Assembly: GCA_039588335.1 (NCBI GenBank)
Contig: JBDGZZ010000002.1
Coordinates: forward strand, 2,064-66,063
Source: Gemmatimonadota bacterium
GTDB taxonomy: Bacteria > Gemmatimonadota > Gemmatimonadetes > Gemmatimonadales > GWC2-71-9
Reading direction: 5' to 3'
Length of the DNA stretch: 64,000 nucleotides
Shown here piece after piece: positions 8,720-17,549 of the stretch. Under the pieces are notes generated by a model, which searched no databases, had not been told where the DNA came from, and saw only the letters and a list, made by a program, of their open reading frames with translations. The translations under genes and the position numbers were made by a program. Within the stretch, counting starts at the first letter, position 1. Every line of letters starts with the position of its first letter.

Positions 8720-11130
8720 GGGGTCGGAATTCCTCCGTCCTCCGTTACCAAGGCCATGCTCTGATTCGTATCATACTCGACTCTCATCACGCGATCGACA
8801 CCCTCCTTCACGGTCTCTATATGGGTTATCAAAATCACTTGGGGGAAGCGTCCGGCCAATCCCCGTAAGAGATCGACAACATTGTAACGACGACTCTCAT
8901 CGAGACCGCCGAAAATCTCGTCAAGCACGAGCAGAGACAATGGTTGGCCAGCACGCTCAGCTACCATCTGGCTGATACTCAGACGCAGTACCAAGTTGAC
9001 CAAATCTTCTTCACCCCCCGAGATCACAGGTTTTGGGACGCCGCTCTCCAGTACCAGGGAGTGGTACTGCTCATCCAGTTCGATCTCGTCGTACCGAGCA
9101 TCGGTCAAATCCGACATAAACGTCGAAGCCCGTTCAGCAATCTCAGGGCGCATCGCTGCGTTCAGTTCCATCCTGAGGTCATGCAAGCCACGATCAAGCT
9201 CATCGTGCAACCGGAGATCGGCCTTGATCTGCTGTACACGTTCCTCACTTTCCTTTCGCTCTCGAAGGCGACGTTGGGCTTGGTCGCGACCCGCCTCTGC
9301 TGCCTTTACATCTCCCTGGACTGTGGCCGCTTCCAATTCCGCTTCCCGCAGCACTGCTTCCGCATTCTCATACCGGGCCCGGGCTTCCACGAACTTCTCC
9401 TCGCTGTATCCAAGGCCTTCCATCGACGCCTTGAGTCGTTCAAGCCTCTCTTCCAGACTCGAAAGCTTCTTCTCTGCAGTTTCGGCCTCTCCAACCAATC
9501 GCTCGGCCCGCTCTGCCTTCACATTCAACTCCACCCCTTTCTTACGCACCGGCTCCAAAACGCGAAGCTGTGTACGCACCGCGTCGTGCGTCTCAGCATC
9601 ATACGCATCTGGCAGCTCTGCAATCTCGGCCTGCAAGGCTGACTCCCGCTCCTGCAACCGGCGCAGTTCCTTCTCTCCTTCCTCCTGCTCGCGCGCGCGA
9701 TCCTCACAGCGAGCGACCTCCTGCACTGCGGCCTCTACCCTACCGCCGCTGTCTTCAAGTCGACTCCGGGCGTCTTTGAGTTCCTGAGGCTCCTCACTCA
9801 GTTGGCTCACTCTCTGCTTGAAATACTTCCCGTCGATCTCGATCTCTTCCAGTTGCTGGTCAATGGAGTTGAGCACCGTCTCATACTCCCGGTCCAGTGG
9901 TCGCGTGCACGTAGGGCACGTCCCGTCAGGCCCGGCTTCGACGATCCGCTCACGCTGCTTCTGAAGATCGCGATATTGATCGCGCAGAGATTGCCGTTTG
10001 GTGTCCGCGTCCTGCTTGTCTCTGATCCACGCCGTATGGGCCTTCTTTTCGTCCACCTCCGCCTGTCCCTGCTCCTGCCGCGCGGAATCGAGAGATTCCT
10101 TGACAGCGCTCAGCACTTGTGCCGTGTCTCCGATCTCTTGTACCCGCTGCCTCATTCTGGAAGTCTGCTCCCTGACCTCCCTGACTTGCCCGGTGAGATC
10201 GCGCCGTTTGCCGGCGGCCTGCGCTTCTTTTTCCAGTCGTTCCAGCTCATCTGTCAACGGAGTAACACGGTCCAACTCGGGTGCCATGCTCTCTAGTTGA
10301 CTCCTCGCATCGAGCGCCTCAGCCAACTCCTTGTCCAGTCGTTCGAATTCACGGCGCGCCTCTCCGACGTCACGTTCCGCAACCCGTAGTTCGCTGTCCA
10401 GTGACAAGACCGACTCACGGACCTCGACCATCTTGGTCCACGCCGGCCCTTCCTGCTCCAATAGTCTGGCTGCTTGCCCCTTCGCCCTCGATGCGCTTTT
10501 GGCACGACGAGTGGCTTCGGCCACTCGGGTCACCGCGCTTTCTAACTCCTCGATCAGCTCTTTCTCGTCACCCAAGCCCGTTTCGAGGCCCGTCAGCTCC
10601 GCGCGGCTGCTCGAGCGGTTAGCGCGCAGCTTGTCCTGAGCCAGCTTGATCTTGTCATACCCCAACACCCGCGACAGAAACCGTGCGCGCTCGCTGGGTC
10701 CCAATTGGCCCATCACGGCGAGTTCCTTTTGGCCCGTGAAGTAGGTGTTGAAGAACTCGTCCCGCGTCATGCCAAGAGTTCGAGTGACCTGAGAAGTAAC
10801 CTCCTGCTGGGAATTGGCGATCGGTGCTTCTTGCCCATCCTGAAACAGCTCAGCGTTGTACAGACCGCGCACCACTCGGAACTCGTGCTGACCGATGGCG
10901 AAATCCACCTCTACCCGAACCTGAGAGCGGGCTGGCGCACCGTAACGCCGGATTGTGTCACGACTTCCACGCGCGGCCGGATTGCCGTAGAAGGCCCAGG
11001 CAATGGCCTCCAGCAGAGTCGTTTTGCCAGAGCCGTTTGGCCCTACAATTGCCGTGATCCCGGGGCCCAGGACGAGTTCGGTCTCGGCATGTTGTCTGAA
11101 GTTGACCAGCCTCAAACGGTGAAGCTGCAT
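8716..11130 (-). CDS. sbcC: SbcC/Rad50-family ATPase (exonuclease SbcCD subunit C)
   Basis: N-terminal LRLVNFRQH...IVGPNGSGKTTLLEAI (Walker A). Long coiled coil with a CPTC zinc hook. C-terminal LSGGEE-like signature and LLVLDEIFGGLD Walker B. Confidence 0.85.
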   Translation of the reverse strand: MQLHRLRLVNFRQHAETELVLGPGITAIVGPNGSGKTTLLEAIAWAFYGNPAARGSRDTIRRYGAPARSQVRVEVDFAIGQHEFRVVRGLYNAELFQDGQEAPIANSQQEVTSQVTRTLGMTRDEFFNTYFTGQKELAVMGQLGPSERARFLSRVLGYDKIKLAQDKLRANRSSSRAELTGLETGLGDEKELIEELESAVTRVAEATRRAKSASRAKGQAARLLEQEGPAWTKMVEVRESVLSLDSELRVAERDVGEARREFERLDKELAEALDARSQLESMAPELDRVTPLTDELERLEKEAQAAGKRRDLTGQVREVREQTSRMRQRVQEIGDTAQVLSAVKESLDSARQEQGQAEVDEKKAHTAWIRDKQDADTKRQSLRDQYRDLQKQRERIVEAGPDGTCPTCTRPLDREYETVLNSIDQQLEEIEIDGKYFKQRVSQLSEEPQELKDARSRLEDSGGRVEAAVQEVARCEDRAREQEEGEKELRRLQERESALQAEIAELPDAYDAETHDAVRTQLRVLEPVRKKGVELNVKAERAERLVGEAETAEKKLSSLEERLERLKASMEGLGYSEEKFVEARARYENAEAVLREAELEAATVQGDVKAAEAGRDQAQRRLRERKESEERVQQIKADLRLHDELDRGLHDLRMELNAAMRPEIAERASTFMSDLTDARYDEIELDEQYHSLVLESGVPKPVISGGEEDLVNLVLRLSISQMVAERAGQPLSLLVLDEIFGGLDESRRYNVVDLLRGLAGRFPQVILITHIETVKEGVDRVMRVEYDTNQSMALVTEDGGIPTP

Positions 11131-12321
11131 CTATTCCTCCAGCGCATCCCGCTCGACCTCATCGAGATAACGACTTGCCAGCCCGACCAAATCTTCTCGC
11201 TCCACCTCGGCAGTGAGAGTGCGCCGCGACAGGTAGTCCCGCACCAACTCTGCGAGAGTCTGCCTATGTCCCGGTGCCCCTACCCCGACTACTCGGGTCG
11301 ACGGTGGACGGCGAATATCGAGGTTATAGTGTAGAGCTTCCGCCTTGGTCTCCCTGATCTGTCGATGGTCCATCTCACGAGCGATCGGCCTCGGCACATC
11401 GTGCACCACCTGACGCACGATGTTGTTGGAAATACCACCCGACACCCCACCGAGCCGTTGGGCGATCGCCCGGTCCAAATCGGCCGCACCCAGCCCCTCA
11501 CCTTGAATCGGCTCCAGGTCGATCAGATCGCGCGCCAAGGGTACCGGTCGAAATCCCACTTCGAGTTTATCACCGCCAATCTCTACCAAGAGCCAACCCT
11601 TCTTGCCTCTGCGTCCTTCACGCCCTTCGTCAATGAGTTCCCCCCACGGGTTGGTGCTCACGTAGTCCAATGCTCCCGAGTACCATGCGTTGGCGGCAAT
11701 CGGCCGCGCGACGTGATAGTGACCCATGGCCACATAATCCCAGGTATCCACATGCATGTCCCCGGGTTCAATCACAACACCGCCGTACTCGAGTGCCGAG
11801 GATTCGCGTGACAGGACACCCGCAATCTCTCCGTGCATCACCAGAACCTTGTGCCTGAGAGGCGCCTGCGGTTGCGAGATACATGTTGCTGAAGCAAGCA
11901 ACGCTGCGTGGGGAACACAGACCATAGAGAGATCCAGGTCCTCGAACGTCAGCTCCCGAGCGTCCCCGGCCACCACATACACTCCATTCAATGCCTCGAA
12001 CAGCTTGAGGATCGTCCCGGTCTCCACCGATCTGGGTGTGTCGTGGTTACCGGCCACAATGACCACGGGACTCTTGGGAAGGCCAGTGCGCATGCGTCGC
12101 AACTGGTTGAATGCGTGCAGGATAGCTGCGTTCGTAGGACGAACCGAGTGGAACAGATCTCCGGCAAACACCACCACGTTCGGTTTGGCTTCCACAACAT
12201 CATCTACTGCTCGAGTGAACGCCTGGGCAACGTCCGCTTCACGCTGGTTGATTCCTCTCGGCGTCTGGCGGTAGTACTGCCGGAAGCCAAGATGCAGATC
12301 GGCCAGGTGGGCGAGCTTCAC
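11131..12321 (-). CDS. sbcD: SbcD/Mre11-family nuclease (exonuclease SbcCD subunit D)
   Basis: Calcineurin-like phosphoesterase motifs HLADLHLG, FAGDLFH, GNHD, MHGE. Directly abuts the sbcC start. Confidence 0.9.
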   Translation of the reverse strand: MKLAHLADLHLGFRQYYRQTPRGINQREADVAQAFTRAVDDVVEAKPNVVVFAGDLFHSVRPTNAAILHAFNQLRRMRTGLPKSPVVIVAGNHDTPRSVETGTILKLFEALNGVYVVAGDARELTFEDLDLSMVCVPHAALLASATCISQPQAPLRHKVLVMHGEIAGVLSRESSALEYGGVVIEPGDMHVDTWDYVAMGHYHVARPIAANAWYSGALDYVSTNPWGELIDEGREGRRGKKGWLLVEIGGDKLEVGFRPVPLARDLIDLEPIQGEGLGAADLDRAIAQRLGGVSGGISNNIVRQVVHDVPRPIAREMDHRQIRETKAEALHYNLDIRRPPSTRVVGVGAPGHRQTLAELVRDYLSRRTLTAEVEREDLVGLASRYLDEVERDALEE

Positions 12322-12325
12322 CGGA

Positions 12326-13159
12326 CTATGGCTTCACCTGGTAGCGGGTCGTGGACTCCGATCTGAGTTCGTTCCCCCCTCCTCCAGGTACGCCTTCCTG
12401 TCCCGCCTCTCGTACCATAGTCATGCGGGTCCTGCTCACACCGGACACGAACCCGTTCCACGACGTCGACCAAATGAGGTTTCCAGCCAGATCTCCTGAA
12501 AGAACCACCCTGCCCGGTCCAAGCTCGTCCACAAAGGTGGCCGCTGGGAACCGTCCGGTCACAGTCACATATCCTAGAGTGTCCCTCGATCTGATCACTA
12601 TGCTATCCAGCACTAGTTGCGCCGTGCCATTCACAGTGGGTGGCACGGTTTCGTTGCGCAGTCCAGGCACGGCAGATGTTATCGTGGGGCTCGACCAGCC
12701 ATCGCCTGCTTCGAGGGGATCTCCAGGCAACTCGAGGTCAGGAATCCCGGTCAAGATCCGCTGCAGACTGGTAACACCAGGAAGTCTCTGACCGTAGTTG
12801 GATTGCTGCACGCGCATCTGCTCATCCATGGTGACCTGGACCCAGGCCGAATCTGCACCGGGTACCTCAAATTCGCGCCACCTGCCGTCTGAGCCGCGTG
12901 ATCTGGTTGTGACGGATTCATAGGCAAGGTGGGATATCCGCATTTCGCCCGGGCCCGCCAGGGCAACTGTGCGCACCACCCCACCATCTGCGCTCTCGAA
13001 ACGCTTTCCATCGAACGCCCAGACGGTGGTGGCTGTGGTGAACTCGGCCCTTATCACCGTTCCCGGTCGCGGCCTGTGGCGAAGCAGGAGAGTCTCCTGC
13101 GCCATCGTGGGCGCCGGAACGAAAGCGCCGGCCAGGATTACGAAGATCATCCTCCTCAC
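12326..13159 (-). CDS. secreted protein of unknown function (paralog of 13156..14046)
   Basis: N-terminal signal peptide MRRMIFVILAGAFVPAPTMA-QE. Shares blocks with the upstream gene (LDSIVIRSRDTLGYVTVTGRF; IWSTSWNGFVSGVSRT). Confidence 0.6.
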   Translation of the reverse strand: MRRMIFVILAGAFVPAPTMAQETLLLRHRPRPGTVIRAEFTTATTVWAFDGKRFESADGGVVRTVALAGPGEMRISHLAYESVTTRSRGSDGRWREFEVPGADSAWVQVTMDEQMRVQQSNYGQRLPGVTSLQRILTGIPDLELPGDPLEAGDGWSSPTITSAVPGLRNETVPPTVNGTAQLVLDSIVIRSRDTLGYVTVTGRFPAATFVDELGPGRVVLSGDLAGNLIWSTSWNGFVSGVSRTRMTMVREAGQEGVPGGGGNELRSESTTRYQVKP

Positions 13160-14046
13160 ATTCGCACCTGTGAAAGCGTGGTCACATCGAATCGTACATG
13201 CGTTACCGCATTGCCGTCGGCTGGGTCAGAGCGTATGTCCATCAAGATTACGGCACGCGTGGCGCCTGATACGAAAGCACTCCAGGCGGTCGACCAGACC
13301 ATCATCGCAGCCAGCGACCCGCCAGCCGTCACCGAAGCAGACTCCCCACCAGCGGAGGCCGGTAACACTGTGGACATGAAGTTGCCACGGGCAGTAACAT
13401 AGTACAGCGTATCGGCTGGTCGGGTTACCACGCTATCCAGCGTGGCCGTGGCCTCTGAGCGAAGCTCGCCACCCACCGGAACGCCATCTTCTCGGCCAAT
13501 TGCTGCAAACGCATTGAGTGGATATGAAAGATCCGCTGTCCAGGATGCACCAACGGGAATCGGTGTTTCCGGTAGAGTCAGCAGGTGTCCACCGCCCAAG
13601 CCCCTGGCCATCTGTCCGTTCGTTGCCTGCAAATGAGGCATGTCCACGAACTCCGCTTCAAGCACCTCGAGCCTGTCGGTCAATACTGCTCGGACCAGGC
13701 CGAGTTCTCCAGCCTCGGCCATCACGTCACGCCACGCACCTCCCACCGGTCTCAAACGGGCTCGCAGTGAATCATAGTGCAGTTCCACCAGGTATCGATC
13801 GTCGGCTTGGGCGTCGAAGAACTGGGTCATGCCCTCCAGGCGACTTGCCTCGACGGACAGCGGAGCGCCACCACCCGGCTCCTGCGTAACCGTCATGAGA
13901 ATGTCGCTGCGCGAGATCGTGTGGATCCTGATGGGTGCTCGAGGAGCGTATCGCAAGCTGTAACTCACCTGGGCGCCCGCGCGTTCGCTCGCTGACGTAG
14001 CTAGAACACAGACGGCTGACAGAAGCGTCAACACTCTACGGAGCAT
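13156..14046 (-). CDS. secreted protein of unknown function (paralog of 12326..13159)
   Basis: Signal peptide MLRRVLTLLSAVCVLATSASERAGA-QV. Shared blocks LDSVVTRPADTLYYVTARGNF and VWSTAWSAFVSGATRA. Overlaps both neighbouring genes. Confidence 0.6.
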   Translation of the reverse strand: MLRRVLTLLSAVCVLATSASERAGAQVSYSLRYAPRAPIRIHTISRSDILMTVTQEPGGGAPLSVEASRLEGMTQFFDAQADDRYLVELHYDSLRARLRPVGGAWRDVMAEAGELGLVRAVLTDRLEVLEAEFVDMPHLQATNGQMARGLGGGHLLTLPETPIPVGASWTADLSYPLNAFAAIGREDGVPVGGELRSEATATLDSVVTRPADTLYYVTARGNFMSTVLPASAGGESASVTAGGSLAAMMVWSTAWSAFVSGATRAVILMDIRSDPADGNAVTHVRFDVTTLSQVRM

Positions 14047-15979
14047 AGGGGTCCTCCACCGGCTTCAACCGGGTTGCACCTCCGGTTTCGTGACGCACCG
14101 TTTCACGAGTCACAGCCGAACCGAGAGCCGCCCTGAAGTAGCCGAGCATGTCGTCTGGCTGGGCTCGTCTTGTAGCGAGCAAGGCGCGCCGCACGTCCTG
14201 ATCTCTATGACCTGCGATTATCTCTTTGATTTGGCCAGGCACAACCCGTCGGTCCATTGCCACCAACTGCCGCACCACCGCTTCCTCGAATTCCACGTCC
14301 TTGGCGGGCGGGAATTGCTGGATCCCTGCCGGCCCCGTCAAAGTCGGCGGTCGTGGGAACCGCACGAAGACCGGCTGCGTGAAATGCGGGTGTCGCACCA
14401 TCAGCTCGCCTTTTGGCAGCGTCGCTAGTTTGATCTTCGTAGCAGGCGAGAGTACCTGGTAGCCAGGCGTTGCCAGTTCGTCCATGTCCATGCGTCCAAA
14501 CAGGGTAGTGCCCGCGTTGCCCACCACACGCCGGTGCACTTGGGATCGAAACTGTTGCGCGCCGAAGAGTACGAGTCCCAGGTACCGACCGCGCTCAGAG
14601 ATGTCCAGCAGCATCTTGCGTACATAGGTCTCGGGACCGTCGCCCGGCGCATACTTGTTGAGTTCGTCCACGAATACGACCACATGATCAACTCCCAGGT
14701 CCCGCCGCTCCAGGTGCTCACGAAGTTTCGACACTACACGTGTGAAAACCAGGTCCTGGGCGAGTTGATCCATACCCGCTACGTCAAGGACGTAGACCGA
14801 GCGATTCTCGAACATGCCGAATGGCAAGTCACTAACTGAGCCATCGTCTGTTACCAACCCCTTACATCTTGTGGAGATGTTGAGCAACCGATTGCGAACT
14901 TTCCGTATGGTAGCGATGTGATGGGTGCGCCACATATCACTACGGCCGGTCGATTCCAGACCTTCGAAGATGGCACGGAAAAGCCGTTCCAAGTCCGAGA
15001 AAGTCCGTACCCGATGTGTTCCACCCCATTCGTCGCTGAATTCCTTCTCCACCACACGGTCGGTCAGAAAATCGATGAACGCGTCGGACTTGGCATCGAT
15101 GTCGTCGCGGTTGAGTAGGACCTCATGATAGTCCAACACCTCCCTTAGCCCCCACACGAGCGGCTGGACCGATCCCATCAGGTCGTGGTGCGTCCTCAAC
15201 GTGTTGAGGTTCACGCCATCGGCCTTGAACGGGGCGTAATAGTGCACACTCTCGAACGGCCGTGGGTCGATGCCCAGCAGGTCGTACATCTCGCGGTCCA
15301 CATCCGTCAGTTCGCCAGGCTGATCCAGGAAACACAGGTCCGGACCCTTAACATTGACACAGACTGCGGCGACGCTTCCCTTGTGTTCCGGAAACTTCTG
15401 AAAGATGCTAGTGAGAAAGAACTCTACGGCGCTGGTCTTCGTGGCCAACCCCGACACTCCCGAGATGTTCAGGTGTGCCGACTCCGGACCGAGCAAGAAA
15501 TCGGCATCGAGGAACACTGGCGCGCTCATCCCTCCACCTGTGTAGAGACCAACCGGCACTCCACACGGCCGATCTCCCCGGACATAGGTGTCCATTCGCA
15601 GGGCGATCTCCACATCTTCTCGAGTCGCCAACCTCACTTCTGCCAATGGAACTGGCTGGAGTGGTTCCTCCGGTTGCTGACGCAACACAGCGGCAGTCCA
15701 CAGTCGAATCTCTGTTCGCCTTGTCGGCGCGCGGGCCCCGGATGGGTCACCCTCGGCTGCGACAACGTCGTCCAACGGAGTGGCCAGATCCGAATAGGAG
15801 CGTCCGTCCACGACTACCGCGTAAACCCGCCGACCGCCTTCATCTAACACGCGGACAATCGCGCCGATGCCCAGAGTCGTGTCGGTAGCGGTCCAGAAGT
15901 GGAACTGGTGTGGTCCCGCGGGCAACGACTCCGTCGCGACGACCCGACCAACCGCAGAACCATCATCGAACCGAATCAC
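14036..15979 (-). CDS. herA: HerA/FtsK-like hexameric ATPase (HAS-barrel + P-loop domain)
   Basis: The N-terminal barrel-like region (GRVVATE...FHFW...IGAIVRV) resembles a HAS barrel. Walker B is HVVVFVDELNKYAP, with a GLVLFGAQQF sensor-like block. The P-loop is atypical (ISGVSGLATKTS). I prefer the GTG at 15979 (GTGA overlap with the nurA stop, GGAGG upstream) over the track start at 15985. Confidence 0.7.
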   Translation of the reverse strand: MIRFDDGSAVGRVVATESLPAGPHQFHFWTATDTTLGIGAIVRVLDEGGRRVYAVVVDGRSYSDLATPLDDVVAAEGDPSGARAPTRRTEIRLWTAAVLRQQPEEPLQPVPLAEVRLATREDVEIALRMDTYVRGDRPCGVPVGLYTGGGMSAPVFLDADFLLGPESAHLNISGVSGLATKTSAVEFFLTSIFQKFPEHKGSVAAVCVNVKGPDLCFLDQPGELTDVDREMYDLLGIDPRPFESVHYYAPFKADGVNLNTLRTHHDLMGSVQPLVWGLREVLDYHEVLLNRDDIDAKSDAFIDFLTDRVVEKEFSDEWGGTHRVRTFSDLERLFRAIFEGLESTGRSDMWRTHHIATIRKVRNRLLNISTRCKGLVTDDGSVSDLPFGMFENRSVYVLDVAGMDQLAQDLVFTRVVSKLREHLERRDLGVDHVVVFVDELNKYAPGDGPETYVRKMLLDISERGRYLGLVLFGAQQFRSQVHRRVVGNAGTTLFGRMDMDELATPGYQVLSPATKIKLATLPKGELMVRHPHFTQPVFVRFPRPPTLTGPAGIQQFPPAKDVEFEEAVVRQLVAMDRRVVPGQIKEIIAGHRDQDVRRALLATRRAQPDDMLGYFRAALGSAVTRETVRHETGGATRLKPVEDPYAP

Positions 15980-16869
15980 AACCACCCTCCAACCTGAGTT
16001 CGCAGATAAGCCTCCACCTGGCGAATTGGATAGATGAGCCGATCCCAGCGGCCGTCGGGAGCCGAGAGTGGTGCGCGCTCTGACAACATCCAGCCACTGA
16101 TCTCCGTTGCCTCAGTCCCCACCTGGTCCACCGGGCAACGCTCCAACCGAATGAGCCCGTGCAGCAGATCGTATTCCTCCCAGGGCCACAACCGAAGATA
16201 CCATGTGTGGACATCCTCATGCACACGACTGCCACGGGCGAAGACGCTGGTGCGGAAACCAACGGGCAGCGTCAGGGCAGTCGTCATCTCACTCCCTTGG
16301 AGAAACTGCGTTTCATGACTCTTCACGATTCCTAACAGGCGCTTCGCGTGTTGGTCTCCTGCCAACTCAGCAATGGAGCCGTCCACCACCAACCACCCGT
16401 CTCTGCTGGACGCGAGGTATTCCCGAGCGACCCTCGCTTCAATCTCCTCCCGACATCGCTCCACCACACCCGCTGCGAGATGCACGTCGAGGATCGGATG
16501 CTCGCGGTCACTCTCACCACTGTCGAAGAGCTGAATGTCAGTCTGCTGCAAACGGCTAATCTGACCATCTGTGAGTCGGTTCAACGGAACTGCAATGAGT
16601 TCTTGAGATCGGTGCAGTTCAACCACCAGCGTCTCATCGCGGCGGCTCATGACGGCAGCGGAAACATAGCCGCGGACGACGGGCACGAGACCGAACCGCC
16701 CTATAACTGAATAGCGCTGGATCCCATCCATGAAGCCTGTGCCGAAGGGGGGAACCCGGATGCCACCAACGTCGATAGCCCGGACTACCTCATGTTCAAC
16801 GGGTGCCGCCGTGCCAAAGGGGGTCCGTAACGGCTGGGGCACGTGCGTGAGCACTCCTGTGCTGCCCAC
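15976..16869 (-). CDS. nurA: NurA-like nuclease
   Basis: WLVVDGSIAEL...LLGIVKSHETQFL resembles the NurA DGS...G(V/I)xKS blocks. GTG start with GGAGG 5 nt upstream. Sits immediately upstream of, and overlapping, herA. Confidence 0.5.
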   Translation of the reverse strand: MGSTGVLTHVPQPLRTPFGTAAPVEHEVVRAIDVGGIRVPPFGTGFMDGIQRYSVIGRFGLVPVVRGYVSAAVMSRRDETLVVELHRSQELIAVPLNRLTDGQISRLQQTDIQLFDSGESDREHPILDVHLAAGVVERCREEIEARVAREYLASSRDGWLVVDGSIAELAGDQHAKRLLGIVKSHETQFLQGSEMTTALTLPVGFRTSVFARGSRVHEDVHTWYLRLWPWEEYDLLHGLIRLERCPVDQVGTEATEISGWMLSERAPLSAPDGRWDRLIYPIRQVEAYLRTQVGGWL

Positions 16870-16965
16870 GGTCCCTCCGGCACTCAGGATGGCGTCTTTG
16901 AGAAGGAAGCTGGGCGATCGGGTGGTTGAGGGATGCGACGTCAGGGTTTCAAGCCCCGGTCGAGT

Positions 16966-17484
16966 TCACTTGGCACGCCCCGAATCGGGGAACGGCGGAA
17001 CATCCATCAGCCAGAATCCGGCAAGTTGGCCGTCGCCGTCCAGGTCAACGATCAGGTTCTCGGCCAGCGCGACGCTGTCCACTCGACGTGAATTGCTCAA
17101 GATGAGATGGATCGTAGACTTGTCGCCAGTCCTCTCGCACGCGAGAGGCACCTTGAGTTCAGCCACGCCACCCCTGTGTTCGTCGGCATCTGCAGTGACC
17201 ACCAGACAGCCATTCCTCGCGGTCTCCGGAGGCTTCAACTCGGCGACGGTATTGCCTTTGGGCCAAACCACGACTTCGATGCCGTTCAAGACCTGGCCCG
17301 CCAAGCCCAACGAGACGAAGCATCCACCGGCACCGCCGAGTTCGATCGTGCCGTCCGGCTCGGAACTTCCGGCCGGCCCCGGCATCGCAGCGGCCAGAAT
17401 CTCAGTGTCGAAGTTCCACTGAAACTCCACTCGCGGTAACCCGCCTTGGATCGGCGTAACTTGCGCAACGAGTGTCATGACCAA
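16966..17484 (-). CDS. hypothetical protein (two DUF2283-like modules?)
   Basis: 172 aa. ENLIVDLDGDGQLAGFWL and GQVLNGIEVVVWP resemble the D.d.dG.lvGiEi signature of DUF2283. This assignment is weak. Confidence 0.35.
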   Translation of the reverse strand: MVMTLVAQVTPIQGGLPRVEFQWNFDTEILAAAMPGPAGSSEPDGTIELGGAGGCFVSLGLAGQVLNGIEVVVWPKGNTVAELKPPETARNGCLVVTADADEHRGGVAELKVPLACERTGDKSTIHLILSNSRRVDSVALAENLIVDLDGDGQLAGFWLMDVPPFPDSGRAK

Positions 17485-17549
17485 CGTCTCTCAGCGAATT
17501 GGTTAGTGTGTTGACCGCTGGCCTCTATGCTCGCAACTGTCCTCCCCTA

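Noticed and set aside
8944-9787. Long plus-strand ORFs (232 and 263 aa) inside sbcC
   Set aside because: They are antisense to the Glu/Arg/Leu-rich coiled-coil region of SbcC, which generically produces open antisense frames. The translations are low complexity.
7745-17484. Interpreting the herA/nurA/sbcCD block as a horizontally acquired phage-defence island
   Set aside because: There are no flanking integrase, transposase, tRNA or direct repeats, no obvious compositional break from the neighbouring housekeeping genes, and no other recognisable defence genes. It is kept as an open alternative in the operon finding, not asserted.
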